This document shows positions 7,929-15,244 of a stretch of 23,187 nucleotides of DNA, piece by piece; the first letter of the stretch is position 1, and every line of letters begins with the position of its first letter. Origin of the DNA: a virus; the UHGV virus genome UHGV-0778869, one strand, 5' to 3'. A program made the position numbers and the translations under genes. A model generated the notes under the pieces. That model saw only the letters and a program-made list of their open reading frames with translations, was not told where the DNA came from and searched no databases.

Positions 7929-8241
7929 ACCAAAGAGTAGTTGGCTTTGGGGTGACGTGAAGTGCAGCTGCACGACGGCAACCGGAAGATAAGCACCCGG
8001 CGCGCCACCGCCAAAGTCAATTCCATAGGCGTTATGCAGCCGCCACCATATTCAAGAAAGCTGCACAAGAGGTAGGAGGATTTATGTGAATACTTACATT
8101 CAATTGAGAGATTAATTAAATAGAACTGATCGAGCAGAGTCCATAAAGGCTCATAAATGCTCTTCCATCCCCGTCTAATTGGCGGGGAAGGAAACAACTT
8201 TGTAATAAAAAAATTCCAAAGTTGTTTCATCGGAGGTCAAC

Positions 8242-8514
8242 ATGACAGTAGTCATTACATATCTGGCTGACGATAACGCCAGAAATCGCCGCAGAGCACG
8301 CAGACAGGCTCAACGTGAACAGGCAATGCAAGAGCAGCGACTGGCGCGAAAAATTGCGCTAAAGCTCTCTGGTTGCGTCAGAGCAGATAAAGCAGCATCA
8401 CTCGGAAGCCTTCGCTGCAAGAAGGCAGATGAATGCAGTGGAAGTATTTGCCTGCCAAACGTAGCCATTTACTCGGCAGGCTACCGGAAATCAAAACAAC
8501 TGACAGCCAGGTAA
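8242..8514 (+). CDS. N-like transcription antiterminator with arginine-rich motif (P22 gp24-like, 90 aa)
   Basis: GGAGG SD; ARM NARNRRRARRQAQREQA near the N-terminus; C-terminal ...YSAGYRKSKQLTAR resembles P22 gp24 as recalled. Confidence 0.8.
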   Translation: MTVVITYLADDNARNRRRARRQAQREQAMQEQRLARKIALKLSGCVRADKAASLGSLRCKKADECSGSICLPNVAIYSAGYRKSKQLTAR

Positions 8515-8517
8515 GTG

Positions 8518-8742
8518 ATGAATCAGACATACATTCCATCATGCTTGAGAAATCTGCCAAAGCAGAAAGCAAAGCCCCGCAAGCAAGCCATAAAGGACGC
8601 TAAGGCAGAGGTTATTGATCAAGCAATACAATTGCTCAGGGAGGAGTTAAGAAGTGGCAAGCTCGAAGGAATGATGATGCCCTATCAGCGCGGATATCTT
8701 TCGGCGATTAGTAAGCTGGAAGTATTGAAGAGTGAATTATGA
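8518..8742 (+). CDS. Hypothetical protein (74 aa)
   Basis: ATG 8518 after AGGTAAG; MNQTYIPSCLRNLPKQKAKPRKQ...; ATGA overlap with the next gene. No family recognised. Confidence 0.5.
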   Translation: MNQTYIPSCLRNLPKQKAKPRKQAIKDAKAEVIDQAIQLLREELRSGKLEGMMMPYQRGYLSAISKLEVLKSEL

Positions 8743-9431
8743 ACTATCTGGAATTTCCGGATGGTTCATTGTTTTGGCAGCAAACCACTTATTTGAGAGG
8801 AATTAATATGTCATCAATCCGCTTAACTACGAGAATGAAAGAGAAAATCGCTCGTAACGCTTTAATTAAGTCTGGGGTTTTCACTGAGCTTGAAGAAGTA
8901 ACAAAGTTAAAGAGCCAGCTTGCACTTGACGCCAGAGTTATTGCGTTTGGCGGTAAAAAGAAAACTGAGGAAGTGGATCAGTTATCATCCAAGTTAGTAG
9001 CTATAAGTGAAGAACTTGAAAAACTGGGATGTTCATTTTACTCATACGATGTTCGTTCTACTTCAATTTATCTGACTGTATCTGGCAGAAGGGTTGGATG
9101 GCTTTCATATGGGGAAGACGGCAACGGCGAAGATATATTGCTCCCTACTCCGACCAAAGATAAATGCATGTTTGACGCAGAACACGAAATAACAAAAAGG
9201 TTTGATGAAATCTGCGCATTGCAACAAAAACTTGAAGCCAAGAAAAAGGATATCGAATCAAATGTATGGGCTGCTTTGAACTCAGTCACAACAGTTAAGC
9301 GACTTATTGAAGTTTGGTCTGAAAGCAAAGAATTGCTACCAAAAGAAGCAGATAAAGCAAGTACAGCACTTCCTGCTTTACGGGTAGAAGATTTGAATAA
9401 GATGATTGGACTTCCTTCCGAGGCCGCATAG
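8739..9431 (+). CDS. Hypothetical protein (230 aa; alternative start 8808)
   Basis: ORF with coupled start; internal ATG 8808 has a GAGAGG SD; stop lies inside the terminator hairpin. No family recognised. Confidence 0.55.
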   Translation: MNYLEFPDGSLFWQQTTYLRGINMSSIRLTTRMKEKIARNALIKSGVFTELEEVTKLKSQLALDARVIAFGGKKKTEEVDQLSSKLVAISEELEKLGCSFYSYDVRSTSIYLTVSGRRVGWLSYGEDGNGEDILLPTPTKDKCMFDAEHEITKRFDEICALQQKLEAKKKDIESNVWAALNSVTTVKRLIEVWSESKELLPKEADKASTALPALRVEDLNKMIGLPSEAA

Positions 9432-9448
9432 TCGGCCTTTATTTTTGG
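9421..9448 (+). terminator. Intrinsic terminator
   Basis: Stem AGGCCG (9421-9426) / CGGCCT (9433-9438), loop CATAGT, then TTATTTTTGG. Confidence 0.7.
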
Positions 9449-9565
9449 CACTAACAACAGAATAAACACAGCACTGTGTATTCATTCCAACGAGTGAATA
9501 CACGGAGCAATGTCGCTCGTAACTAAACAGGAGCCGACTTGTTCTGATTATTGGAAATCTTCTTT

Positions 9566-9594
9566 GCCCTCCAGTGTGAGGGCAATTTTTTTTG
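9566..9594 (+). terminator. Intrinsic terminator immediately upstream of the next gene's RBS
   Basis: Stem GCCCTC / GAGGGC with loop CAGTGT, then AATTTTTTTTG; GGAGG SD follows at 9597. Confidence 0.7.
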
Positions 9595-9605
9595 ATGGAG
9601 GATAT

Positions 9606-10574
9606 ATGAGTGAAGTAACAGATTTAGTTGTTATTGAAAAAGCAAATGCAATGACTGTATTTCAGTCTGCCGACCAGATTGAAGAAATCCTTCAAAAGGT
9701 TGAACGTGAAGTTATGTCCTTTGTGCCTGATATCACAACGGCAAAGGGCAGAAAGGAGATCGCTTCTCTGGCGTATAAAGTTGCGCAGACGAAAACATAT
9801 CTCGATGGTCTTGGCAAAGACCTTGTTGCTGAACTGAAGGAAATTCCAAAGCTAATTGATGCCAACCGCAAGACAGTGCGTGATCGCCTTGATGAGCTGA
9901 AAGCCAAGGCGCGCCAGCCTCTTACTGATTATGAGGAGGAACAGGCACGGATTAAAGCCGAAGAAGAAGCTAAGGCAGCAGCTGAAGCTCTCGCAAAGCA
10001 AATTGAGTCTGACCATGAAATAGCGATTTTGATGGATCGCGAATTTGACCGCCAAAGAGAAGAGGCAAGACTCAAAGCGGAGCAGGAAAAGCGAGAGCAT
10101 GAAGAACGCTTAAAAAGAGAAGCTGAAGAGAAAGCCAGAGCAGAAGCCGAAGCAAAGGCAAAAGCCGAAATTGAAGCAGCAGCAAGGCGAGAAGCAGAAG
10201 CTAAGGCCGCAGCGGAACGTGCAGAGCGTGAACGTATTGAAGCCGAGCAACGAGCACAGCGCGAAGCAAAAGAGGCAGCAGAACGAGCTGAAAGAGAAAA
10301 GCAGGCGGCAATTGAAGCAGAACGCCGAAAAGCACAGGAGGAGGCTGAACGAATCCGGCGCGAGGCTGAAGCAAAAGAGCAAGCAAGAATAGCAGAAGAA
10401 AAAAGAATCAAGGACGAAGAAGAGCGTAGAGCAAAGGATAAAGCTCACCGGAAAGAAGTAAATAACAAAATACTTGCTGACCTTATCAAGGTTGGCGCAT
10501 CAGAAGATGTTGCTAAAAATATCATAACAGCCATCGTAAAAGGCGAAGTATTCGCAACAAAAATAACCTACTAA
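9606..10574 (+). CDS. Hypothetical protein (322 aa): N-terminal globular domain, long Glu/Ala/Lys/Arg-rich coiled-coil, short C-terminal domain
   Basis: ATG 9606 with GGAGG SD; the low-complexity centre (EAEAKAKAEIEAAARREAEAK...) generates several spurious antisense ORFs; sits upstream of the Sak4-like gene. Confidence 0.7.
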   Translation: MSEVTDLVVIEKANAMTVFQSADQIEEILQKVEREVMSFVPDITTAKGRKEIASLAYKVAQTKTYLDGLGKDLVAELKEIPKLIDANRKTVRDRLDELKAKARQPLTDYEEEQARIKAEEEAKAAAEALAKQIESDHEIAILMDREFDRQREEARLKAEQEKREHEERLKREAEEKARAEAEAKAKAEIEAAARREAEAKAAAERAERERIEAEQRAQREAKEAAERAEREKQAAIEAERRKAQEEAERIRREAEAKEQARIAEEKRIKDEEERRAKDKAHRKEVNNKILADLIKVGASEDVAKNIITAIVKGEVFATKITY

Positions 10575-10598
10575 TAAAACCAACATAAGGAACCACCC

Positions 10599-10745
10599 AT
10601 GATTTACGCAATCGCGGGAGGCGCTCGCATGGGTGCCTTCCAACTAAATGAATCTTTACTTGAACGAATCACCCGTAAATTACGTGACGGATGGAAACGA
10701 CTCATCGACGTACTTAATCAGCCAGGAGTTCCAAAAAATGGATAA
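10599..10745 (+). CDS. Hypothetical small protein (48 aa)
   Basis: ATG 10599 with AAGGA SD 7 nt upstream; MIYAIAGGARMGAFQLNESLLERITRKLRDGWKRLIDVLNQPGVPKNG. Below ORF-track cut-off; found by hand. Confidence 0.4.
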   Translation: MIYAIAGGARMGAFQLNESLLERITRKLRDGWKRLIDVLNQPGVPKNG

Positions 10746-10851
10746 AACACTTATGGCTATCCAGACTAAATTCACTATCGCCGCTTTTATTGGCGATGAA
10801 AAGATGTTTCGTGAGGCCGTCGAAGCCTACAGAAAATGGAGGTCAAAATGA
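10738..10851 (+). CDS. Hypothetical small protein (37 aa)
   Basis: ATG 10738 overlaps the previous ORF end; MDKTLMAIQTKFTIAAFIGDEKMFREAVEAYRKWRSK; the upstream extension of this frame (10648) overlaps the 48-aa ORF. Confidence 0.4.
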   Translation: MDKTLMAIQTKFTIAAFIGDEKMFREAVEAYRKWRSK

Positions 10852-11036
10852 TTCCGGTAGAACTGGCGAAAACTCCAGAGTTAAGTCGATTAAAAAGAGA
10901 ATATCACATTGCTGAGGCTCGTTACTGGCGTAAAGCGGGAGATAAATCAAAGAAACAACTTTGCTTATGGCAGGCACAAAGAGAGCGCATGAATGAGCGT
11001 GAGTTTCTTTCCTCCCCATCCGAATTACCATTCTGA
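10848..11036 (+). CDS. Hypothetical small protein (62 aa)
   Basis: ATG 10848 with GGAGG SD and ATGA overlap with the previous ORF; MIPVELAKTPELSRLKREYHIAEARYWRKAGDKSKKQL... Confidence 0.5.
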   Translation: MIPVELAKTPELSRLKREYHIAEARYWRKAGDKSKKQLCLWQAQRERMNEREFLSSPSELPF

Positions 11037-11044
11037 GGCAAATT

Positions 11045-11746
11045 ATGGGAACTGCGACATTAATACTCGGTGAATCTGGCACCGGAAAATCAACCAGCAT
11101 GAGAAATATCAATCCAGAGGAAGCAATACTTATAAAACCAATAGGCAAGCAGCTTCCATTTAAATCAAAAGACTGGCTGGCATGGGATGCCAGAGCAAAA
11201 AAAGGAACCGTAGTTACCACTGACAAATGGGACGTAATAGTTGCCGTAATTAAGCGTGCTCACGAATACGGGAAAAGAATCGTTATTGTTGATGACTTCC
11301 AGTATGTGATGAGCAATGAGTTTATGCGCCGCTCAGAAGAAAAATCGTTTGATAAATTCACTGAGATAGGCCGCCACGCATGGGAGGTGATTAAGGCTGC
11401 ACAGGATGCACCTGATGACCTGAGAGTCTATTTTCTTGCGCACACCGAAGAAACCCCTATGGGGCGTGTGAAAATGAAGACTATCGGCAAAATGCTGGAC
11501 GAGAAAATCACTGTCGAAGGCATGTTTACTATAGTTCTTCGCACCCTTACCCGCGATGACCAGTTCTTTTTCACCACGAAAACAACGGTGCAGACACTGT
11601 TAAATCCCCAATGGGAATGTTTGATTCTAATGAGATTGATAACGATCTCTCTTTCGTCGATGCCACTGTTTGTGATTACTACGGCATCAATAATGTTCAT
11701 CAAATTAAGGAAAACGCCGCATGAGCAACGTGATTTTTACTTATAA
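11045..11746 (+). CDS. Sak4-like RecA-fold ATPase (AAA_24-type), probably frameshifted near 11560-11590; intact-frame end would be 11724
   Basis: Walker A GESGTGKST, Walker B IVIVDDF. After ...DQFFFTTK the in-frame tail looks non-protein-like, while the -1 frame reads NNGADTVKSPMGMFDSNEIDNDLSFVDATVCDYYGINNVHQIKENAA and ends in a stop that overlaps the next ATG. Confidence 0.7.
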   Translation: MGTATLILGESGTGKSTSMRNINPEEAILIKPIGKQLPFKSKDWLAWDARAKKGTVVTTDKWDVIVAVIKRAHEYGKRIVIVDDFQYVMSNEFMRRSEEKSFDKFTEIGRHAWEVIKAAQDAPDDLRVYFLAHTEETPMGRVKMKTIGKMLDEKITVEGMFTIVLRTLTRDDQFFFTTKTTVQTLLNPQWECLILMRLITISLSSMPLFVITTASIMFIKLRKTPHEQRDFYL

Positions 11747-12308
11747 CGAAGAAGCAGCACTGACCGCAGGGCAAGGTGGTTTTATTAACGAAACTGGTGC
11801 TCATATCATTACCATTACTGAAGCAGAACTAAAGCAATCAGAAAAAGGAGCCAAATTTATTGAGTTTTCTGGCGAATCTGACGACGGACGTAAAATCCAA
11901 TATCTTAGCGTCTGTGTTCAGAAAAATGACGGAACGGAAAACAAATTTGGCGCAAATGTCGTTCACGCCATGATGGGGTGTGCCGGGATTGGACAATTAA
12001 CGCAACATATGGTTTCCGCCAGTAAATTTGTTGCTCCTGAGTTTCATGGAAAGAAAATCGGGTTAGTGCTCCAGAAAGTATTAACCACAAACAAAAAGAC
12101 TGGCGCAGACAGCTACCAGATGGAAATACGCATCCCGTTTATTGCACAAACAGGTCAAACCCTTAAAGAAAAGGCGGAAGGCAAGCAACCAGAAACTATC
12201 GCCAACATGGTTGCCAGCCTCAAAGATAAAGACAATCGCTCTAAAAACGTAAGCCAGAATCATGCAGATGATTATGGTTACAGCCAGAACGATTACCCTC
12301 CTTTCTGA
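11721..12308 (+). CDS. Putative ssDNA-binding partner of the Sak4-like ATPase (195 aa)
   Basis: Immediately downstream of the ATPase; acidic C-terminal tail ending ...DDYGYSQNDYPPF, reminiscent of SSB tips (E. coli SSB ends DDDIPF). OB fold not verifiable by eye. Confidence 0.5.
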   Translation: MSNVIFTYNEEAALTAGQGGFINETGAHIITITEAELKQSEKGAKFIEFSGESDDGRKIQYLSVCVQKNDGTENKFGANVVHAMMGCAGIGQLTQHMVSASKFVAPEFHGKKIGLVLQKVLTTNKKTGADSYQMEIRIPFIAQTGQTLKEKAEGKQPETIANMVASLKDKDNRSKNVSQNHADDYGYSQNDYPPF

Positions 12309-12331
12309 TTATTGAAAATAAGGCTCCCATT

Positions 12332-12628
12332 ATGCCAGCGCCTCTGTATGGTGCGGATGACCCGCGCAATTGCTCCGGTAGCTCCAAGGCGGAGGTGCTG
12401 GAAAATATCAAAAACAATTTCGACGCGTTTCTTGCTCTGACACCAGAAACAAAAGCAGAACGGATGTACCGACGCGATATACAACTCGCGCTAAAACAGG
12501 AGAAGGACCGAACAAACGAAACAGCAATGAGACCGTTGCGAAAAGCGACAATAGACAAATTCCCTGAATATATCGACCCGCGCCTGCGTAATTACCGATC
12601 ACGCTATGGCGCTATCAGTAATGACTGA
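12332..12628 (+). CDS. Hypothetical protein (98 aa)
   Basis: ORF with weak AAGG SD; [34 protein letters not shown]...; no family recognised. Confidence 0.45.
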   Translation: MPAPLYGADDPRNCSGSSKAEVLENIKNNFDAFLALTPETKAERMYRRDIQLALKQEKDRTNETAMRPLRKATIDKFPEYIDPRLRNYRSRYGAISND

Positions 12629-12638
12629 GGAATTTACC

Positions 12639-12803
12639 ATGAGAGGACTTGCATACAATCCCGGCATTCTTCAGGCAGAAATGATTATTCGCCAACGCGT
12701 AAAGCCAATGCCATCGAGAGAGGAATTACTTAAGAGAAATAGTTTCGGTTCTGTTAATGACAACAAATATCTGAATGCGATGTGGCGGAGTGGGAAGAAA
12801 TGA
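12639..12803 (+). CDS. Hypothetical small protein (54 aa)
   Basis: ATG 12639 with GAGGA SD 8 nt upstream; [34 protein letters not shown]... Confidence 0.45.
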   Translation: MRGLAYNPGILQAEMIIRQRVKPMPSREELLKRNSFGSVNDNKYLNAMWRSGKK

Positions 12804-13231
12804 AACAAATGTCACTAATTGAGATGGATGGATTTCTGAAAGGTAAATGCATCCCACGAGATTTAAAGGTTAACGAAACAAACGCTGAATATCTGGTGCG
12901 TAAGTTCGGTGAACTTGAATCAAAACTAGAAACGGCGTTGCGGGAGTGTCGTTCTGCTGGAATCACGATTGATAACCTTGAGGCTAAATGCGCGAAGATG
13001 GCTGCTGAAAATACCTCACTTAAGCAATCTGAGAAGGAATTTAATGACTTTTGTCGTGAGGAGTTTAGCGAATGGGAAGATGATGTTACTGAAACCCCAG
13101 CCACCGATGCTTTTCTGGCTGAAGTACGGGCGCAGGGGGTAGAGATGTTTGCTGACCATCTGTTGTGCCCAGACCTTGATGACACTATCCGTGACTTTGC
13201 TTCCCAGCTTCGCAAAGGAGGCAACCAATGA
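12800..13231 (+). CDS. Hypothetical acidic protein (143 aa)
   Basis: ATG 12800 overlapping the previous stop (ATGA), GGAG SD; predicted helical/coiled-coil. Confidence 0.55.
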   Translation: MKQMSLIEMDGFLKGKCIPRDLKVNETNAEYLVRKFGELESKLETALRECRSAGITIDNLEAKCAKMAAENTSLKQSEKEFNDFCREEFSEWEDDVTETPATDAFLAEVRAQGVEMFADHLLCPDLDDTIRDFASQLRKGGNQ

Positions 13232-13845
13232 GCGAGATTGACTATCAGGCATTGCGTGCTAAGGCAGAAAAAGCAACGTGTGGCGAGTGGTCGCTCGAAT
13301 ATGGAGAGGGCCGATTTGATGGTGATGATGCGCTAATTCATCGCGAGGCTGCTGGATATCTTCCCATTTGCAGAATTGAAGGAGCGCATCCTGAAAGCGG
13401 TTTCGATGAAGATTTCCAAATGGAACAGCAGGCCAATGCTGAATTCATCGCCGCAGCCAATCCGGCTACCGTCTTGGCGCTGCTTGGCGAGCTGGAAGCA
13501 GCAGAGAACAACCTTATTGATAGTGAATGCCATGTTGCTGAACTGGAAGAAGCGCTACGCGATAAGCAGGCGTTACTTGAAGCATCAGAAAAGCGCATAG
13601 CAGAACTGGAAGCCGAACTCGTAAGCCAAACTTACAAGTTGAACGAGCTATCGGGCAACTCTCCGGTAACTCCGGATGGTTGGGTTGTAGTGCCGAAGGA
13701 GTTAACACCGGAAATGATGAGAGCCGTTCAGATTAGAAGTGAGCTTGGAGGGTATGCCACTTCCAATCTATCTGGTGCATACAATATGTTTTCTGAGTTC
13801 TGGAATGTTGCTGTCTCAGCTGCGCCTAAGGTGGATGATTTATGA
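13228..13845 (+). CDS. Ead/Ea22-like protein (205 aa)
   Basis: Strong AAAGGAGG SD; N-terminus [22 protein letters not shown]... and central coiled coil resemble the Ead/Ea22-like family of lambdoid prophages as recalled. Confidence 0.55.
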   Translation: MSEIDYQALRAKAEKATCGEWSLEYGEGRFDGDDALIHREAAGYLPICRIEGAHPESGFDEDFQMEQQANAEFIAAANPATVLALLGELEAAENNLIDSECHVAELEEALRDKQALLEASEKRIAELEAELVSQTYKLNELSGNSPVTPDGWVVVPKELTPEMMRAVQIRSELGGYATSNLSGAYNMFSEFWNVAVSAAPKVDDL

Positions 13846-13991
13846 ATCTATATCGCTGCCCATTCTGTGGTTCCACTGTGCTTAACATCGGATACTCATT
13901 CAGTATCAGAGGGAAAATGCGCTATGTGTCATGCAAATGTGGTGCCCAAGGACCAGAAAAACGAACTAGATCTGAAGCGATTTCTTCATGA
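13842..13991 (+). CDS. Small zinc-ribbon protein, Lar-like (restriction alleviation family) candidate (49 aa)
   Basis: MNLYRCPFCGSTVLNIGYSFSIRGKMRYVSCKCGAQGPEKRTRSEAISS; CPFCG...CKCG motif; ATGA overlap with the upstream gene. Found by hand. Confidence 0.45.
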   Translation: MNLYRCPFCGSTVLNIGYSFSIRGKMRYVSCKCGAQGPEKRTRSEAISS

Positions 13992-14000
13992 AATAGTCGA

Positions 14001-14138
14001 ATGAAAGTATGGGTTTATGATCCAGAAACAATATTAAACGTTGAAGAGCGCAGGAGAACAGAAGTCTATATTCATAACCTTAATGAAGATGGATTTACAC
14101 CAGTGCTCGTAAAGGCTACTCCGCAGGAGGTGAAGTGA
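14001..14138 (+). CDS. Hypothetical small protein (45 aa), weakly supported
   Basis: ATG 14001, no clear SD; MKVWVYDPETILNVEERRRTEVYIHNLNEDGFTPVLVKATPQEVK. Confidence 0.25.
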   Translation: MKVWVYDPETILNVEERRRTEVYIHNLNEDGFTPVLVKATPQEVK

Positions 14139-14416
14139 TGGACTCCTTCGCGAAATATACGATTATTGACTGGATAGCATTCCTTCAGGTTTTGCTCATC
14201 TGGTTTTATATGGCTTACAGGAGTGGACAGTGGATTGTCAGTGTAGCCTGTAGCAGGGGATGGCGTTGGTGGAACCGAAAGAATAAAAAAGCACTGGCAT
14301 TGGATTCGTTTTACGAAGCATTCAATCTTAACAGTCTTCAGCCTGGTTCTGTCATTGTAGTCACCACTCAAAGCGGCATGACCATTCAGATTCATAAACC
14401 AAAAGAGGAAAAATGA
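14138..14416 (+). CDS. Small membrane protein (92 aa) with one N-terminal transmembrane helix
   Basis: ATG 14138 with AGGAGG SD; hydrophobic IIDWIAFLQVLLIWFYMAY then basic stretch RGWRWWNRKNKK. Confidence 0.55.
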   Translation: MDSFAKYTIIDWIAFLQVLLIWFYMAYRSGQWIVSVACSRGWRWWNRKNKKALALDSFYEAFNLNSLQPGSVIVVTTQSGMTIQIHKPKEEK

Positions 14417-14502
14417 TGTGGCCTATATGTGTTAATTGCGGACGGATGTGCCTATCTGGATGGTGCCGAAAGTGCGACAAATGCACGAAGAAAAGACAAT
14501 AA
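14413..14502 (+). CDS. Cys-rich mini-protein (29 aa), zinc-ribbon-like
   Basis: AGAGGA SD; MMWPICVNCGRMCLSGWCRKCDKCTKKRQ; start overlaps the upstream stop. Confidence 0.3.
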   Translation: MMWPICVNCGRMCLSGWCRKCDKCTKKRQ

Positions 14503-14536
14503 CAATCCTCGCACTCGCGGGGATTTCTTTTATCTG

Positions 14537-14563
14537 AACTCGCTAGGGCGAGTTTTGTTTTAT
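14537..14563 (+). terminator. Intrinsic terminator
   Basis: Stem AACTCGC / GCGAGTT with loop TAGG, then TTGTTTTAT; the next gene's SD follows. Confidence 0.7.
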
Positions 14564-14574
14564 GGAGACAAGAA

Positions 14575-14919
14575 ATGTCAGATTTGGCTATGAAGGTTTT
14601 GAAATGGCAATCGACTGGCGATGTTGGCATTAGTAGCGCAACTCTTGCCTCAATCGCATGTGGACTGGAAAAGAATATCTATGGTCATCACTTCGGCGCT
14701 CCCCATGACGCAGCAGACTTCCGGCGATGCGTTGCACTTGTTGAGCAGATTCCAGAAATCAGAGATTCATTCGACAAGGTTGCAAAGCGCGTTCCGGCAT
14801 TCAAAGGCATCCTCACCGAATGGGATTCCCTCGTTGCTCTGTTGAAGTCTGAAATGAAGATACACCGAAACAAAGCACCAGAGACTTACAGAAGAATTAG
14901 CGAGTTACGCAAGGACTAA
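14575..14919 (+). CDS. Hypothetical protein (114 aa)
   Basis: ATG 14575 with GGAGA SD; MSDLAMKVLKWQSTGDVGISSATLASIACGLEKNIYGHHFGAPHDAADFRR...; no family recognised. Confidence 0.55.
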   Translation: MSDLAMKVLKWQSTGDVGISSATLASIACGLEKNIYGHHFGAPHDAADFRRCVALVEQIPEIRDSFDKVAKRVPAFKGILTEWDSLVALLKSEMKIHRNKAPETYRRISELRKD

Positions 14920-14977
14920 CCACAGCCTAACACTCGATGAGGCCAGTTCATTTCTCAAGATATCCAGACATACCATC

Positions 14978-15001
14978 GCCGCATCAATGCGGCTTTTTCT
15001 T
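14978..15001 (+). terminator. Intrinsic terminator upstream of xis
   Basis: Stem GCCGCA / TGCGGC with loop TCAA, then TTTTTCTT. Confidence 0.6.
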
Positions 15002-15013
15002 GCGTGTAATTGC
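15000..15013 (+). promoter_or_regulatory. Candidate pI CII-binding site TTGC-N6-TTGC (TTGCGTGTAATTGC)
   Basis: Same motif as at pRE; sits just 5' of the xis ATG so that a dependent transcript would start inside xis, as for lambda pI. Confidence 0.6.
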
Positions 15014-15025
15014 GGAGACTTTGCG

Positions 15026-15244
15026 ATGTACTTGACACTTCAGGAGTGGAACGCTCGCCAGCGACGCCCAAGAAGCCTTGAAACAGTTCGTCGATGGGTG
15101 CGCGAGTGCAGGATATTCCCTCCTCCGGTTAAGGATGGAAGAGAGTATCTGTTCCACGAATCAGCGGTAAAGGTTGACTTAAATCGACCAGTAACAGGTA
15201 GCCTTTTGAAGAGGATCAGAAATGGGAAGAAGGCGAAGTCATGA
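15026..15244 (+). CDS. xis: Excisionase Xis (72 aa)
   Basis: MYLTLQEWNARQRRPRSLETVRRWVRECRIFPPPVKDGREYLFHESAVKVDLNRPVTGSLLKRIRNGKKAKS matches lambda Xis as recalled; overlaps int by 23 nt. Confidence 0.95.
   Translation: MYLTLQEWNARQRRPRSLETVRRWVRECRIFPPPVKDGREYLFHESAVKVDLNRPVTGSLLKRIRNGKKAKS

Noticed and set aside
7763-8230. ORFs 7763..7960 (+) and 7814..8230 (-) in the pL-nutL-N leader
   Set aside because: They run through the operators, pL and nutL, have no RBS and give implausible products; the interval is better explained as regulatory leader.
9852-10448. Four antisense ORFs (9852..10100, 9929..10411, 10110..10448, 10201..10386) and sense ORF 10171..10392 inside the coiled-coil gene
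   Set aside because: Products are Ser/Ala/Cys/Phe/Leu-rich low-complexity strings, created by the repetitive GAA/GCA-rich sequence of the coiled-coil region.
12754-13708. Minus-strand ORFs across the Ea22-like region (12754..13224, 13016..13252, 13333..13533, 13338..13598, 13514..13708) and sense ORF 13376..13600
   Set aside because: Antisense or out of frame relative to the pL operon genes; Ser-rich products typical of the complement of coding DNA.
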